Shown here piece by piece: positions 1 through 10,500 of a DNA stretch of 64,000 nucleotides. How positions within the stretch are numbered: the stretch's first letter is position 1; every line of letters starts with the position of its first letter. Under the pieces are notes generated by a model. The model was not told the DNA's origin. It saw only the letters and a list, made by a program, of their open reading frames with translations, and did not search any database. Position numbers and translations under genes: made by a program. Origin of the DNA: an uncultured Gammaproteobacteria bacterium (GTDB lineage: Bacteria; Patescibacteriota; Patescibacteriia; Patescibacteriales; GWE2-39-37); the NCBI GenBank assembly GCA_964443495.1, contig CAYUCS010000001.1:277496-341495 (forward strand), read 5' to 3'.

Positions 1-1725
1 CGTTCTTGGCCCGGAGCCAGCACTTCGCACGAAATCAAGTTTTCTTTGGTCAATTCGATCCCAGCTGGCGGCCGCATCATAATCACTCCGGCTGCCGGGC
101 AATTCGACATCCAGCCAGGTTTCGATTTTACGGATATCGATCTGACGGTCGCGGATAATCTTGGCGGACCTTATGCTGATCGCGAGCTAGCAGCGGCCCG
201 GTCGGCTGTAGAGGACGGAGTCAGTGTCGTGACCGGTGCCAATGGCAGTATCACGATCGATCTGAATTCCTCGCAAGGCATCAATATGGGCAAATATGTC
301 CAGGTCAAGCTCGGCACGATCGCGACTTACGGCAGCGCCGGCGATATTCTGATACAGAATCCCGGGTCGATCGGTTCATATCAGGTTACGATCGCCACTT
401 TCGACGATTTCGGGTCGCCGCTTGACGCAGCTGACGCGATGATCGCGGTAGTCAATCCGATTTCGGTTTCGACGAGCCAAGCGAAAATCAGGAGCAACGG
501 CGCCCCGACTGGCATCTTGGTCGGCGGCACCCAGCAGACGATCATGTCCTTGAACACCAACTACGACGCGACTTGCCGCTATTCGGCAGCCTCGAACACG
601 CCCTACGCCAGCATGGCAGGAATCTTCTCCAGTACGGGGGGCAAATTCCATTCCACGATCATTGCTGGCTTGTCTGACGGCCAGTATTACTATTATTACA
701 TCCGTTGCCGTGACACGCTCGGCGTAAATGACCCGGATGATTACTTGATCACTTTTTCGGTAGCTAACGCCAATGGCGGATCGGGCGGCACGGGCGGCGG
801 CACGGGCGGCGGCACGGGTTCGGGCACTGGCAGCGGTTCAGGCTCTGGCGGAGGCGGTTCAGGCTCTGGCGGTGGTACCGGTTCCGGCGTCGGTCCAGGC
901 AGCAGCAGCGGCTCTGGCGGAGGCGGCGGCGGTGGTGCGGCAGGAGGGCCAGGCGGCCCTTCGCCGGTCGCGACTGAACCATATCCGCCCAAGCCCGAAA
1001 ATCCTGACTTGTCGCTTTCCGGCTGGGCCAGTCCGAATAGTTCCTTGGTCTTATTGAAGGACGGCAAGGAGATTACACGTACTGGCGCTGATGCTGCCGC
1101 TAAATTTTCATTCGGCGTCAAGGATTTGACCGAAGGCATGTATTCCTTCGGCATCTATTCGACCGACACGGAAAATAGGCGCTCGCGCACTTATACCAAT
1201 ACTTTCTGGATCAAGCAGGACTCCAAAACGGTTTTGAACTCAATCATCGTGCCACCGACTATGGCCGTTGCCAAATCTAATCTGGCGCTGGGAGAGGCGC
1301 TCACGGTTTCGGGACAGTCCGTGCCGGATGCCGCCATCGAGTTGTGGATTGAGCCGGTCAAGACGGGCGTGACAGCTAAGGATGTGGTCAAGCAGCAGGG
1401 CGTCATCGGCAGCAATGGCAAATGGAGCCTGGCTGTCGATACCAAGGCTTTGGCTAAAGGGACGTACAACATCCGGGCTCGAGCTATGATAAAAGTAGTT
1501 GGTTACAGCGATTTCAGCCAGATTGTCGCCGTCGGCCTGGGTGAGTCGGTCAGTGCCGGGGTTTGTGCCGGCGCCGACCTCAACAAGGACGGCAAGGTCA
1601 ACCTGATCGATTTCTCCATCCTCCTTTATTATTGGGGCTCGAGCAACGCTTGCGCCGACCAGAACAAGGACGGCAAGGTCAACCTGATCGATTTCTCGAT
1701 TATGCTGTATAACTGGACAGGATAG
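1..1725 (+). CDS. Secreted surface protein with C-terminal tandem dockerin-type repeats (5' end probably truncated by the window edge)
   Basis: Frame 1 is open from nt 1, with no stop before the TTG at 46. A Gly/Ser/Thr linker is followed by Ig-like-looking segments. The protein ends DLNKDGKVNLIDFSILLYYWG...DQNKDGKVNLIDFSIMLYNWTG, which is two Ca-loop plus helix dockerin segments. The C-terminal half is paralogous to ORF 26614-27882. Confidence 0.8.
   Translation, partial: RSWPGASTSHEIKFSLVNSIPAGGRIIITPAAGQFDIQPGFDFTDIDLTVADNLGGPYADRELAAARSAVEDGVSVVTGANGSITIDLNSSQGINMGKYVQVKLGTIATYGSAGDILIQNPGSIGSYQVTIATFDDFGSPLDAADAMIAVVNPISVSTSQAKIRSNGAPTGILVGGTQQTIMSLNTNYDATCRYSAASNTPYASMAGIFSSTGGKFHSTIIAGLSDGQYYYYYIRCRDTLGVNDPDDYLITFSVANANGGSGGTGGGTGGGTGSGTGSGSGSGGGGSGSGGGTGSGVGPGSSSGSGGGGGGGAAGGPGGPSPVATEPYPPKPENPDLSLSGWASPNSSLVLLKDGKEITRTGADAAAKFSFGVKDLTEGMYSFGIYSTDTENRRSRTYTNTFWIKQDSKTVLNSIIVPPTMAVAKSNLALGEALTVSGQSVPDAAIELWIEPVKTGVTAKDVVKQQGVIGSNGKWSLAVDTKALAKGTYNIRARAMIKVVGYSDFSQIVAVGLGESVSAGVCAGADLNKDGKVNLIDFSILLYYWGSSNACADQNKDGKVNLIDFSIMLYNWTG
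775..960 (+). repeat. Low-complexity GGC/GGT-rich tract encoding a Gly/Ser/Thr linker
   Basis: Reiterated ggcggcacgggc / ggttcaggctctggcgg units, translated as GGSGGTGGGTGGGTGSGTGSGSGSGGGGSGSGGG.... A shorter equivalent lies at ~27075-27125 in the paralog. Confidence 0.85.
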
Positions 1726-1793
1726 GAGTAAAATTTTAAATTTTAAAACAGCAGTTTTATTAATCCGGTTTAAATTTATTAATTAAAAATTGT

Positions 1794-1821
1794 TTTTAAA
1801 TTTGAAATTTGAAATTTGAAA
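1794..1821. repeat. Tandem heptamer TTTGAAA (3 perfect copies plus 1 degenerate) just upstream of the hsp20 promoter
   Basis: tttttaaa tttgaaa tttgaaa tttgaaa, read directly. It sits about 15 nt upstream of the putative -35. Confidence 0.7.
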
Positions 1822-1836
1822 TTAATTTCAAGTATT

Positions 1837-1864
1837 TTGTCCAATCACCGAATCGTGCTATAAT
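1837..1864 (+). promoter_or_regulatory. Putative sigma70-type promoter for the Hsp20 gene (extended -10)
   Basis: TTGTCC (1837-1842), 16-nt spacer, TGcTATAAT (1856-1864), 37 nt before the ATG at 1901. Confidence 0.55.
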
Positions 1865-1900
1865 TAATTACACAAATTAATTTCGTATAAAGGCAAAACT

Positions 1901-2368
1901 ATGTCTTTCCTGGATAAATTAAAACGCAAAGTCGATGTCTTGGAGGAAGGGAAGCTGAAAGAAGCGGAAAACGGCGAAGCCAAAAAGGAAACTCTGAGCA
2001 GCGGCACCAATTATGCCCAGCTAGACGTCGATATTTACGAAACCCCCGAGAAATATATCATCTTGGGCTCCATTGCTGGTGTCGATATCAAGAATTTGGA
2101 GCTTTCGGTCGGCGAGGAGAACGACGTTTTGATCATCCAGGGAAAAAAGGAATCGCCGATCGACCAGTTGAAGTCCGGCGAAACCAAGATCGTGCCGCAT
2201 CATCAGGAGTGTCAGTGGGGCGAGTTCTATCGGCAGATCATCTTGCCGCAAGAGATAAATCCGGAACTGATCGAAGCTTACGAAGAAAAGGGTGTCCTCG
2301 TGATCGTTCTGCCGATGTTACGGCTGCAGCGGGGCAAGAAGAATATTCAAGTCAGTTTGAAAGCTTGA
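1901..2368 (+). CDS. Small heat-shock protein, Hsp20/alpha-crystallin family
   Basis: 155 aa. Alpha-crystallin-like core: DVDIYETPEKYIILGSIAGVDIKNLELSV...VLIIQGKK...EFYRQIILPQEINPELIEAYEEKGVLVIVLP. Confidence 0.85.
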   Translation: MSFLDKLKRKVDVLEEGKLKEAENGEAKKETLSSGTNYAQLDVDIYETPEKYIILGSIAGVDIKNLELSVGEENDVLIIQGKKESPIDQLKSGETKIVPHHQECQWGEFYRQIILPQEINPELIEAYEEKGVLVIVLPMLRLQRGKKNIQVSLKA

Positions 2369-2385
2369 AATTAGATTGATATATT

Positions 2386-4218
2386 ATGGCCAATGTTAGG
2401 ACTAAAAAAGTCTGGCATCTCATTATGGCTCAGGTTTTGGTGCTGAGCTTTTTGTTTTCCGGCGGGCAACCGACCAAAGCGGCCGGGGCGACATTATTAC
2501 TCTCGCCAAGTAAGGGCAGCTACAATGTCGGTGCTACTTTCAGCGTCGGTGTTTATATAAACAGCGGCGGGTTAAGCATTAACGCGGCCGAGGCCACCAT
2601 ATCTTTCGACAAGGATGTGCTGAAGGTTAATACCATCAGCCAATCGGGTTCGATTTTCGAGCTATGGACAGCCAAGCCTTCATATTCCAATACCAAGGGT
2701 ACGATAAATTTCGGTGGCGGCGCCACTTCGCCGTACAAGGGCAGTTCCGGCAAAGTGTTTGCCATAAGTTTCACTGCCTTGAAGCAAGGCCAAGCTCAAG
2801 TCAGCTTTTCCGGCGGCATGATCACTGAGTACGGGCCGGAAGGCAAGAATGTTTATGGCGGCGCCAATTCCGGAGCTTTTACCATCACGGAAAAGAAGCC
2901 TGAAGTTATCGACAAACCGAAGGAAGTGCCGAGTGACAGCACTAGCAATAGCACGACCAAGGATGTGAATGCCAAGCCGAAGCCGACGACCGACAGTCAG
3001 ACCCAGACCAGTGCCTCCAAAGGCTTGCTGCCGCCGGCTCCGGAAATCACCTCGACCTCACATCCGAACCAGGATGATTGGTATCCTGTCGACAAGGCGT
3101 CTTTGGATTGGAAAATCCTCCCAAGTATTACTGGTGCCAGCCTGCTGCTGACTGAAAGTCCGAGCTCGACCTTGGGCAACACTTCTGATGGCGTCATCCA
3201 GACCAAGACTTATGACAAGCTGGCCGACGGTATGCATTATTTCCACATCAAGCTGCAGAATAGCGTCGGCTGGGGTCCGACCGCCCATCGCAAGATATTT
3301 GTCGATAAGACTCCGCCAACCATTCCGCGCCTGGAAATTGATAATGGCGGCGACGCCACCAACCCGAGCGTGCTGCTGCGTTTGTCATCAACCGATGCAA
3401 CTTCAGGACTGAGCAAGTACAAGCTAGGCTTTAACAATACCGATAAAGACTTGGAGCCGAGAGATTACATCCTGGCCCCTTATCAGATGGAAAAGCTCCT
3501 CCCGGGACGTTACACTGCATCGGTCAATGCTTATGACAAGGCAGGCAACATGGCCTCGTCATCGATCACGTTCGTGATCGAGCCGCTCAAGGCGCCGATG
3601 ATCACCGACATGCCGAAAGAGATCAAAACCAGGGATGACCTGATTATACGTGGCGTTTCCTTTTACCCCAACTCAACCATCAGCGTCTTTATCGGCAGTA
3701 ACACCGGCGACCCGATCAAGAACGATATCAAGGCAGATGAGAATGGGGATTGGAACTACTTCCATTCCGGCAAGCTGGCCAAGGGCAATTACGAGGTCTG
3801 GGCCAAGGTGACTGACGACCGCGGGGCTGAAAGCCTGAACGGTTCCAAGCAGCCGCTGTCGGTCATAGCTGTCGATTATATCACGGCTTATGGCCTATAC
3901 ATTATCATCGTGTTGGCTTTCATCATAGTGCTGCTGATACTTTATATCATTATCCTCAAGAAGAATTTCCGAGCGGAAAAGGCTAAGATATTGGACGAGA
4001 CGCAAGAGGCGCAGAAAAAGGTCAACGACATCTTCTTGGCTTTGCAGGAGGAGGTCGATGAGCTGATCATCTATGCCGACAAGAAGGCTGGCTTGTCCGA
4101 ATCGGAACGTCGTATCAAGGAAAAGATCAAGGAGGCTTTGGATATTTCCGAGGAATTCTTAAACAAGGAAATCGAAGACATAGAGAAGGAGATTATCGTT
4201 TCCAAGAAGAAGAAGTAG
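2386..4218 (+). CDS. Membrane-anchored surface protein: signal peptide, cohesin-like domain, Thr/Ser/Pro linker, three Ig-like segments, one TM helix, ~85-aa charged coiled-coil cytoplasmic tail
   Basis: The N-terminal hydrophobic segment ends ...PTKAAG. The cohesin-like pattern is ATLLLSPSKGSYNVGATFSVGVYINSGGLSINAAEATISFDKDVLKV...GKVFAISFTALKQGQAQVSF. TM helix: YGLYIIIVLAFIIVLLILYIIIL. It is a full-length paralog of 28991-30784. Confidence 0.7.
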   Translation: MANVRTKKVWHLIMAQVLVLSFLFSGGQPTKAAGATLLLSPSKGSYNVGATFSVGVYINSGGLSINAAEATISFDKDVLKVNTISQSGSIFELWTAKPSYSNTKGTINFGGGATSPYKGSSGKVFAISFTALKQGQAQVSFSGGMITEYGPEGKNVYGGANSGAFTITEKKPEVIDKPKEVPSDSTSNSTTKDVNAKPKPTTDSQTQTSASKGLLPPAPEITSTSHPNQDDWYPVDKASLDWKILPSITGASLLLTESPSSTLGNTSDGVIQTKTYDKLADGMHYFHIKLQNSVGWGPTAHRKIFVDKTPPTIPRLEIDNGGDATNPSVLLRLSSTDATSGLSKYKLGFNNTDKDLEPRDYILAPYQMEKLLPGRYTASVNAYDKAGNMASSSITFVIEPLKAPMITDMPKEIKTRDDLIIRGVSFYPNSTISVFIGSNTGDPIKNDIKADENGDWNYFHSGKLAKGNYEVWAKVTDDRGAESLNGSKQPLSVIAVDYITAYGLYIIIVLAFIIVLLILYIIILKKNFRAEKAKILDETQEAQKKVNDIFLALQEEVDELIIYADKKAGLSESERRIKEKIKEALDISEEFLNKEIEDIEKEIIVSKKKK

Positions 4219-4250
4219 GTAGGGGTTATCCACAACTAGACGGCTTTTCA

Positions 4251-4279
4251 AGCAACCGGCGCAAGCCGGTTGCTTTTTG
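4251..4279 (+). terminator. Rho-independent terminator after the cohesin gene
   Basis: agcaaccggc-gcaa-gccggttgct gives a 10-bp stem with a GCAA loop, followed by TTTTGT. Confidence 0.8.
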
Positions 4280-4445
4280 TCTCCGCCGCGGCGTGGCTTT
4301 TATTCGCACTCGTATCCTGGGCGAGTGCCGCCGCGGCAATCGTTAAAAATATTTGGCTAATAAATAAGGAAATTTAAGGCTGGTCTTTTGTCGCTTCTTG
4401 CGAAGCTGGCAGGGGCACGACGGCACGCTCGCCGCCGAGATAAGC

Positions 4446-4475
4446 TTGAGCCGACGGGCCAAAATCTGGTATAAT
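4446..4475 (+). promoter_or_regulatory. Putative promoter of the giant gene (extended -10)
   Basis: TTGAGC (4446-4451), 18-nt spacer, TGgTATAAT (4467-4475), about 80 nt upstream of the ATG at 4557. Confidence 0.5.
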
Positions 4476-4556
4476 ATGTATGCTGGGCGAAGTGTATCCA
4501 ACTAATTTTTAAACGAAAAAACCAGCGCAAAATACCGGTTCCAAGCTTAATCCCCT

Positions 4557-7500
4557 ATGCTTGTCACGTCAGAGAAAAACAAAAACCTATTGTTTAGGAT
4601 TTTAGTTGTATTTGTATTAATATCAGCTTCTTTCGGCTTGTTTCATGCTGCCTCAACTCCGGCTAAGGCTCAGGGCCAGGCGAGTCAGACTAGCCGTTTG
4701 AACATTTTTCCGGGGGCGTTCGTGCCCGTCGCTGACCAGTCCGGTTCGTCCTGGCAAAAGGTTGGCAACGCGTTCGTAAACGATCTCTCGGAAAATGCTG
4801 ACTTGGGCGAGTTCAATCAGGACAACTCCGCCTTGATCATGAACGCTGTGCCTGGCTCGCCGGAATCATCATCTGGATCGGGTGCGGGTGCGCCGTCAGA
4901 AGCGGTTCCGCCTGCTCAGGACGGAACAGGCGCGCCGACGCCTGCGGTCGTGCCGACGCCGGAGCCAAGCGCCGAGAGAGCGGAGCCTTCGGTCGAGAAG
5001 CCGATTGAAACGCCGACCGAGCCTCCGGCAACGGTTCCGGAAACACCGCAAGTTCCGGGAGAAGTCGAAACCCAGCCAGCCACCGAGCAGGTACAGCCAG
5101 CTGCAGACGCGCCGACCGCGTCAGAGCCGCTGTCGTTGCTGATCAAGGGATTTTTCGGCACTCTTATGCCCGATTTCTTTGGCGGATTGAAAGATGCGGG
5201 AATCAGCGTGACTGCTTTGGCGGCTAATTTTTCTAAGTCAGGCACGGCCAGTGCCCAAGACAAAGATGAGGCGTTGTCAGCCGGGACTTCAGCGTCTTCG
5301 ACGGCAGCCAGCGAAGGCGCGGCCTATTTGCCGCATGACATGGTCTTGAAGGATTTCAGCTTGCCCGGCAGCTTCAGCTCGAGCACTATCGCTAACGTGC
5401 AATTGCGGCTTTCGTTAGCGGCGCAGAGCAACGTCGCGGAAGATCGTTTGAAAATATATTATACGCTCGGAGAAAATTGGGAAGAGATGGGCTCGTTAGA
5501 CCTATCCGACCAGATTTCCAACCAGAGCAATAACGGATACTTCCTGTTCGGCTTGCCGATATTCGAATCATGGGACGATCTCGAAAAATTGCGCGTCAAG
5601 ATCAGCTATCTCGAGGCGCAAACCGGCGATGAGCATCGCGCGGTCGAGGCGTACGTGGATGGCGCTTGGCTAGAGGTCGATTATGAAGGCGCAGAAAAAG
5701 CGGCGGTTATCAGCGAGGCTGAGCCCGATAAGGACAAACAGAAGAGCGATGAATTTACCTTGGATCTGATATCCGGCAAGGACAATTTCAAGACGGCCGA
5801 CGACCCTGAATTCAATTTCCTATTCCAGCGCAAGCAAGGAATGATCGGCAAGGCCATTTCCGAGGTGCTCGGAACTTTCTGGGACCAGTATGGCGACATC
5901 GGTATCGAGGCCGTAATCATTGATGCTGGCGGCAAAAGGACGCCGGTCGAAACCTCCGTCGATTATCTGGCCGATGGCGAGTTCCGTGTCAAGCTCAAGA
6001 ACCAGATGCGATATGTCCGCCCAGGAAAATACTCTATCGAATTGAAAATCAGGGATGGCGACAAGATTTATACCCAGACGCAGGACTTCAGCTGGGGTGT
6101 CTTGGCCATCAATTCCAATAAGTCGGCTTATCTGCCGGGTGAAACGGCTTTTCTCCAGATGGCGACCCTGGACGACTTAGGCAACACTATCTGCGATGCT
6201 GATCTGTTTCTGGAGATCATGGCACCCGATGGCGGTGTCGCCTACTTGAATACGGGGAACGACCTGGTCGCGCGCAACAGCGCGTGCGGCCCCAACAACG
6301 TGATCGACACCCCGGATTATTACGCGCATTATAACGTCGGTGCAGCTGGTGCTTACCAAGTCAAGCTGATCGCTCGGACGGCCAATGGCAATAAGGAAAT
6401 AAGCGACTCGTTTGAAGTGCGCGAGGCCGTGCCGTTCGATATCGAGCGCGTCGGTCCGACCAGAATCTATCCGCTGGCGGACTACAAGATGCGCGTCAAT
6501 ATTCGCGCCAACGAAGATTATTCTGGCGACGTCAAGGAGGTTATTCCTGGACCATTCAAGGTCGTGAGCCAAGAGGTCATGCTGAATGGCAGCGTGATGG
6601 AACGGCCGCCTGAATTGTCTGTCGCCAACGACGGCCACGACGGCATCGCCCTGACCTGGCGCGGCGTGAAGCTGAAGCAGTATGATTCGTTGTCGATAGT
6701 TTACGAATTCGACGCGCCGGATATCTCGCCCGAATTCTATCTCTTGGGTCCTTTGTCCGTTGGCAGCTTTGTCGAAACACGCAAATGGCAGATCGCTTCG
6801 GATGCCGTCGGCGTCTATGTCGCGAACGCCGGCAGCAATGTCGGCTGGACCAATGCTACCAGGGCTTGGGATTCGGTCAATAACCAGTATGCTTCAAGGG
6901 ATATTCCGCCCAACGGCGCCAATGACTCTGCCAATTATTTGAAAGCGACAGCCAACAATGCCGTTGATTTGGGCGGCACGATCACCCAAGTTGAAATAGG
7001 CGTCGAGGGTTATGTCGAGCGCACCTCTGTCAGTGCCTGGTTAAGGCCGTTGCTGAACGGTACCGCGACCGGAACCGCCCAACGGATTCCAGGAACATCA
7101 TTGGGTACGAGCGACAGCGGAACAACCTTCTATGTCGATATCACCAGCGCCAGCCCCACTTGGACTTGGGCGAATATCCAGAATCTGGACATACTGGTGC
7201 ATGGCAGCAGCACGAATACTAGCAACCGTTTTTTGTACATCGATCAAATCAGACTGAGGGTTACGTATACGCCGCCTAATTCTGCCCCCGTCGGCGCGTT
7301 GAACAGTGCCGCCCAAAAGACCGATGGTTCAGGCAAGGTCGACATCGCCTTCAATGTCAGCGATGTCGATGGCGACACCTCCAAGGCTAAATTGGAATAT
7401 GTCGCCGGTTCGGCCTGCGATTTCACATCGCCGAGCGACCCGACTATCGACGCCTCCACCACCGCCACTTTCGGTGCGCCGGTGGTGGATAACGCCAGTG

Positions 7501-10500
7501 CCTATCAGGTCGGTACGACCACTGGCTGGATACTGACCGCCTCCGGAACGAATACGGTCAATGTCGATTGGAATGCCAAGACTGATCTGCCGACCGCTGA
7601 TGGAACGTATTGCCTACGTTTGACGGCGAACGACAAGGTTGATGACCAGACCGCGCCCGCCACCACGACCCTGGTGATCGACAATTCGGCTCCGACCGCT
7701 CCGGGGCAGCTGACGGCCACCACCAGCTCGGCTGGCAACGGGGCACAGCTGTCTTTCGGCGCCACCTCGACCGATAGCAACTTCGGCGAGTATAGGATTT
7801 ATTATAAGGTTGGATCGTCCGGCGTGACTGAAACTGACCAGACCTGGGGTAAGGCGGACGATTCGAATCTCGGCTTCGCTAGTTATAACGGCGCCACTTC
7901 GACGGTCATAGATGATCTTGAACCTCTAACCACCTACGTTTTTGCCATCTGGGCCTACGACCAGTTCGGCAACAAGTCGAGCTCGAGCGAAGTGACGCTG
8001 ACTACGGGCAAGGCTGGTCCGATCCGCGCCAATTCCGTCATGTTCTTGGCCGGCCAGTATTCTTCAAGCGATGGTACCACCGGCCAGCAATCGGACACCG
8101 ACCAGACGCTGCCGGCTTTCGATTTCAAGCTGGCTGAGTCCGGCGCCAGAATCAAGAACGCTTATCTGGTTTTCGAGGCGCAGTACGAGGCGTATGTGAA
8201 CAATGCCGGCAATTATACAGGGTATCAGCTGGCATTCGACGCGTGCCAACAGCCGTGTACGGCCAACGCCTTCACTGGCACGGGCAAGGTATCGGTCACG
8301 GACAGTACGGTCTTGTCTTTTGACGAGACCGGCAGCAATCAGGTCCGCTTGGTTTTCGATGTGACTAATGAGGCTCAGCTTGCCTCGTATTCCGGCGGCA
8401 GCTCCTTGTTGTCGGGCCAAGTCGGCTACAGCATCGATCGCGGCACGGCCGTGAATTCTATCGCCTCTGCCAAGGCAACACTGATCGTGACGTACCAATA
8501 CGATGAAAGATACACGGATAGCTACACCAATACGGTCATCTATCCGCTCGAATCGACCGTAGCCGGCGACCAGGGAACTCGCCGCGCCGTCCAGGCTGAT
8601 GATTGTACGGTCGATAGTACTTGCCCCACGTTCAGTTATAACATGGACATCCCTGAGTTCGGCGAGAAGATTTCCCAGTGGTTCCAGACCTATAACCAGA
8701 ACGACGGTAACAGCACGGCCGATATGAACGCCAACGTCAACATCCAAGGCACCAATTTCGACAGCAACACCTATATCCATGAGTCGGCCCTGGGCGGAAC
8801 CCAAGGCGGCTCGCCGGTCATTTATTTTTACGATGTCAGCGGCTATGCCGAGAGCACGGACCAGCAGCTCGAATATCATGCTACCAGCCCGGGAGCCACG
8901 CTTACTTATTATCTGCTTGGCGGCGAGGTAGTCGAAACTTATACTGCCTCGACTTCTGCCGCTATCCGCACGCGCACCGTCGCAATGCCGCTTGGGGTTA
9001 TCAATAACGGCTTGACCAATGCCAAGACCGGCACCAGCACCTCGGTCTATTTTCCGGAAAACGGACAGGCCACCGGTACGGTTTCGATCAAGAAAGCTTG
9101 GTTCAGAATAATATCTAACAACTACAACACCTTAGCCAATACGGTGACCGTTTCCACTCAGGTCGGCGGTCGCGCTGAAACGGCCGGGTCGGTCTACAAC
9201 TACAATCAAGCCGGTACCTCGAACAAGCCTTCGTTCAATACTATCCATGTCATTCCGGCAGCCGATTATGCCGAATTGGAATCGGCTAACGCGACCACGC
9301 CAGTAGCGGTTTCGGTCTATACGCAGAACAGCAACAATGCCTCGCAGGGCGGAACTTCGGCTGAACTGGTCATAACTTATTCTTATACGACCGAAGTTTT
9401 CGGCCACTTGACCTCGTTGTCCGTCCCGGCCGGACAGACGGCCGTCGATGGCAATGCCCAAAGCGCCACGACTTCGGTCGCGAGATTCATCGCTCCGGAA
9501 GCTCCGAGTTCAAAAACGATAGTATCTGCCGGCCTGCTCGTAAGCTATCTTTTTAGCGATAGCGATGCCGCGATGGCTGGCGCCAACTTGACTTTGGACG
9601 CTGATTTATCGACGAGCTCGCCGGTTTGCGTTAACGCTTACAATTCGCGTCCTGACTCCGTGAATGCCTTTACCGAATTCTATAGCAACGTTACGGCGTC
9701 CATGGTGGCGACTAATAATCAAGAATATATCGCGTGCTATTCCAATGATGGCGGCGGGGACACTACCGGCGGCGGCAAGATGAACGGCATCTTGCGTTAT
9801 GTCTATCGCTATGACGCGCCGCCAGTGCAGTATCGGCAAGACAATTGGCGCTGGTATGGCAATGCTGATTCCTTGGCGCCTGGAGCCGCGAGAGCTGGCG
9901 AGAAGGCTACTACGACAGGTGTCAATTTAGCTGACATATTACGCTTGCGCTTGAACGTCGGCTCTTTGTCCGAAGAGGCTGTCACCTCGAGCCAGGCGTT
10001 CAAGCTGCAATACGGTCTCGGTTCCAACTGCGGGGCCATCGCAAGCTGGTCGGATGTCGGCACTTCGACCAGCGCTTCGGCCTGGCGGAGTTACGATAAT
10101 GCCGGCGTTGCCGACGGCTCGTCCACAGCCGCCGCCCTATTATCGACTTCGGCAAGATTCGAGAGCTACGAGGAAGATAATCCATCGGTTCTGAATCCTC
10201 AAGCCTTGGCCGAGGACGAATATGGCGAGTGGGATTGGGTGCTGTACGACAATGCCGCTACATCCTCGTCCGATTATTGCTTCCGCATGGTCAAGTCTGA
10301 CGGCACCCCGCTGACGAATTATGGCAGCTATCCGATCCTCACCACTGCCGCCAGCAATACAGCTCCGGGACTGCCGGATAATCTGATCCAGTATATCGGT
10401 CCGGCCGGAACGACCACCATACCGAATCAAGGCTGGATCAATCAGGCGACGGTCAGATTCCTTTCGCAAGCCAATGACGTCAATATCAACGAATCAGTCG

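Noticed and set aside
741-1154. 137-aa Pro-rich ORF on the minus strand (PPPPEPEP...)
   Set aside because: It is the reverse-complement reading of the GGC/GGT-rich Gly linker of the dockerin protein gene. It is an artefact of the low-complexity tract.
4226-4234. Perfect DnaA box TTATCCACA just after the cohesin gene
   Set aside because: This is a single copy with no cluster of boxes. There is no adjacent AT-rich unwinding element organised like an origin, and no dnaA or dnaN nearby. One 9-mer match in 64 kb on two strands is within chance expectation.
8064-8879. 271-aa minus-strand ORF, plus many 60-190-aa ORFs on both strands between 4.8 and 17.3 kb
   Set aside because: All lie inside the continuous 13.3-kb giant ORF, whose repeated FN3 and module structure confirms the plus-strand frame. 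The alternative-frame products are R/A/P/G-rich and look like noise.
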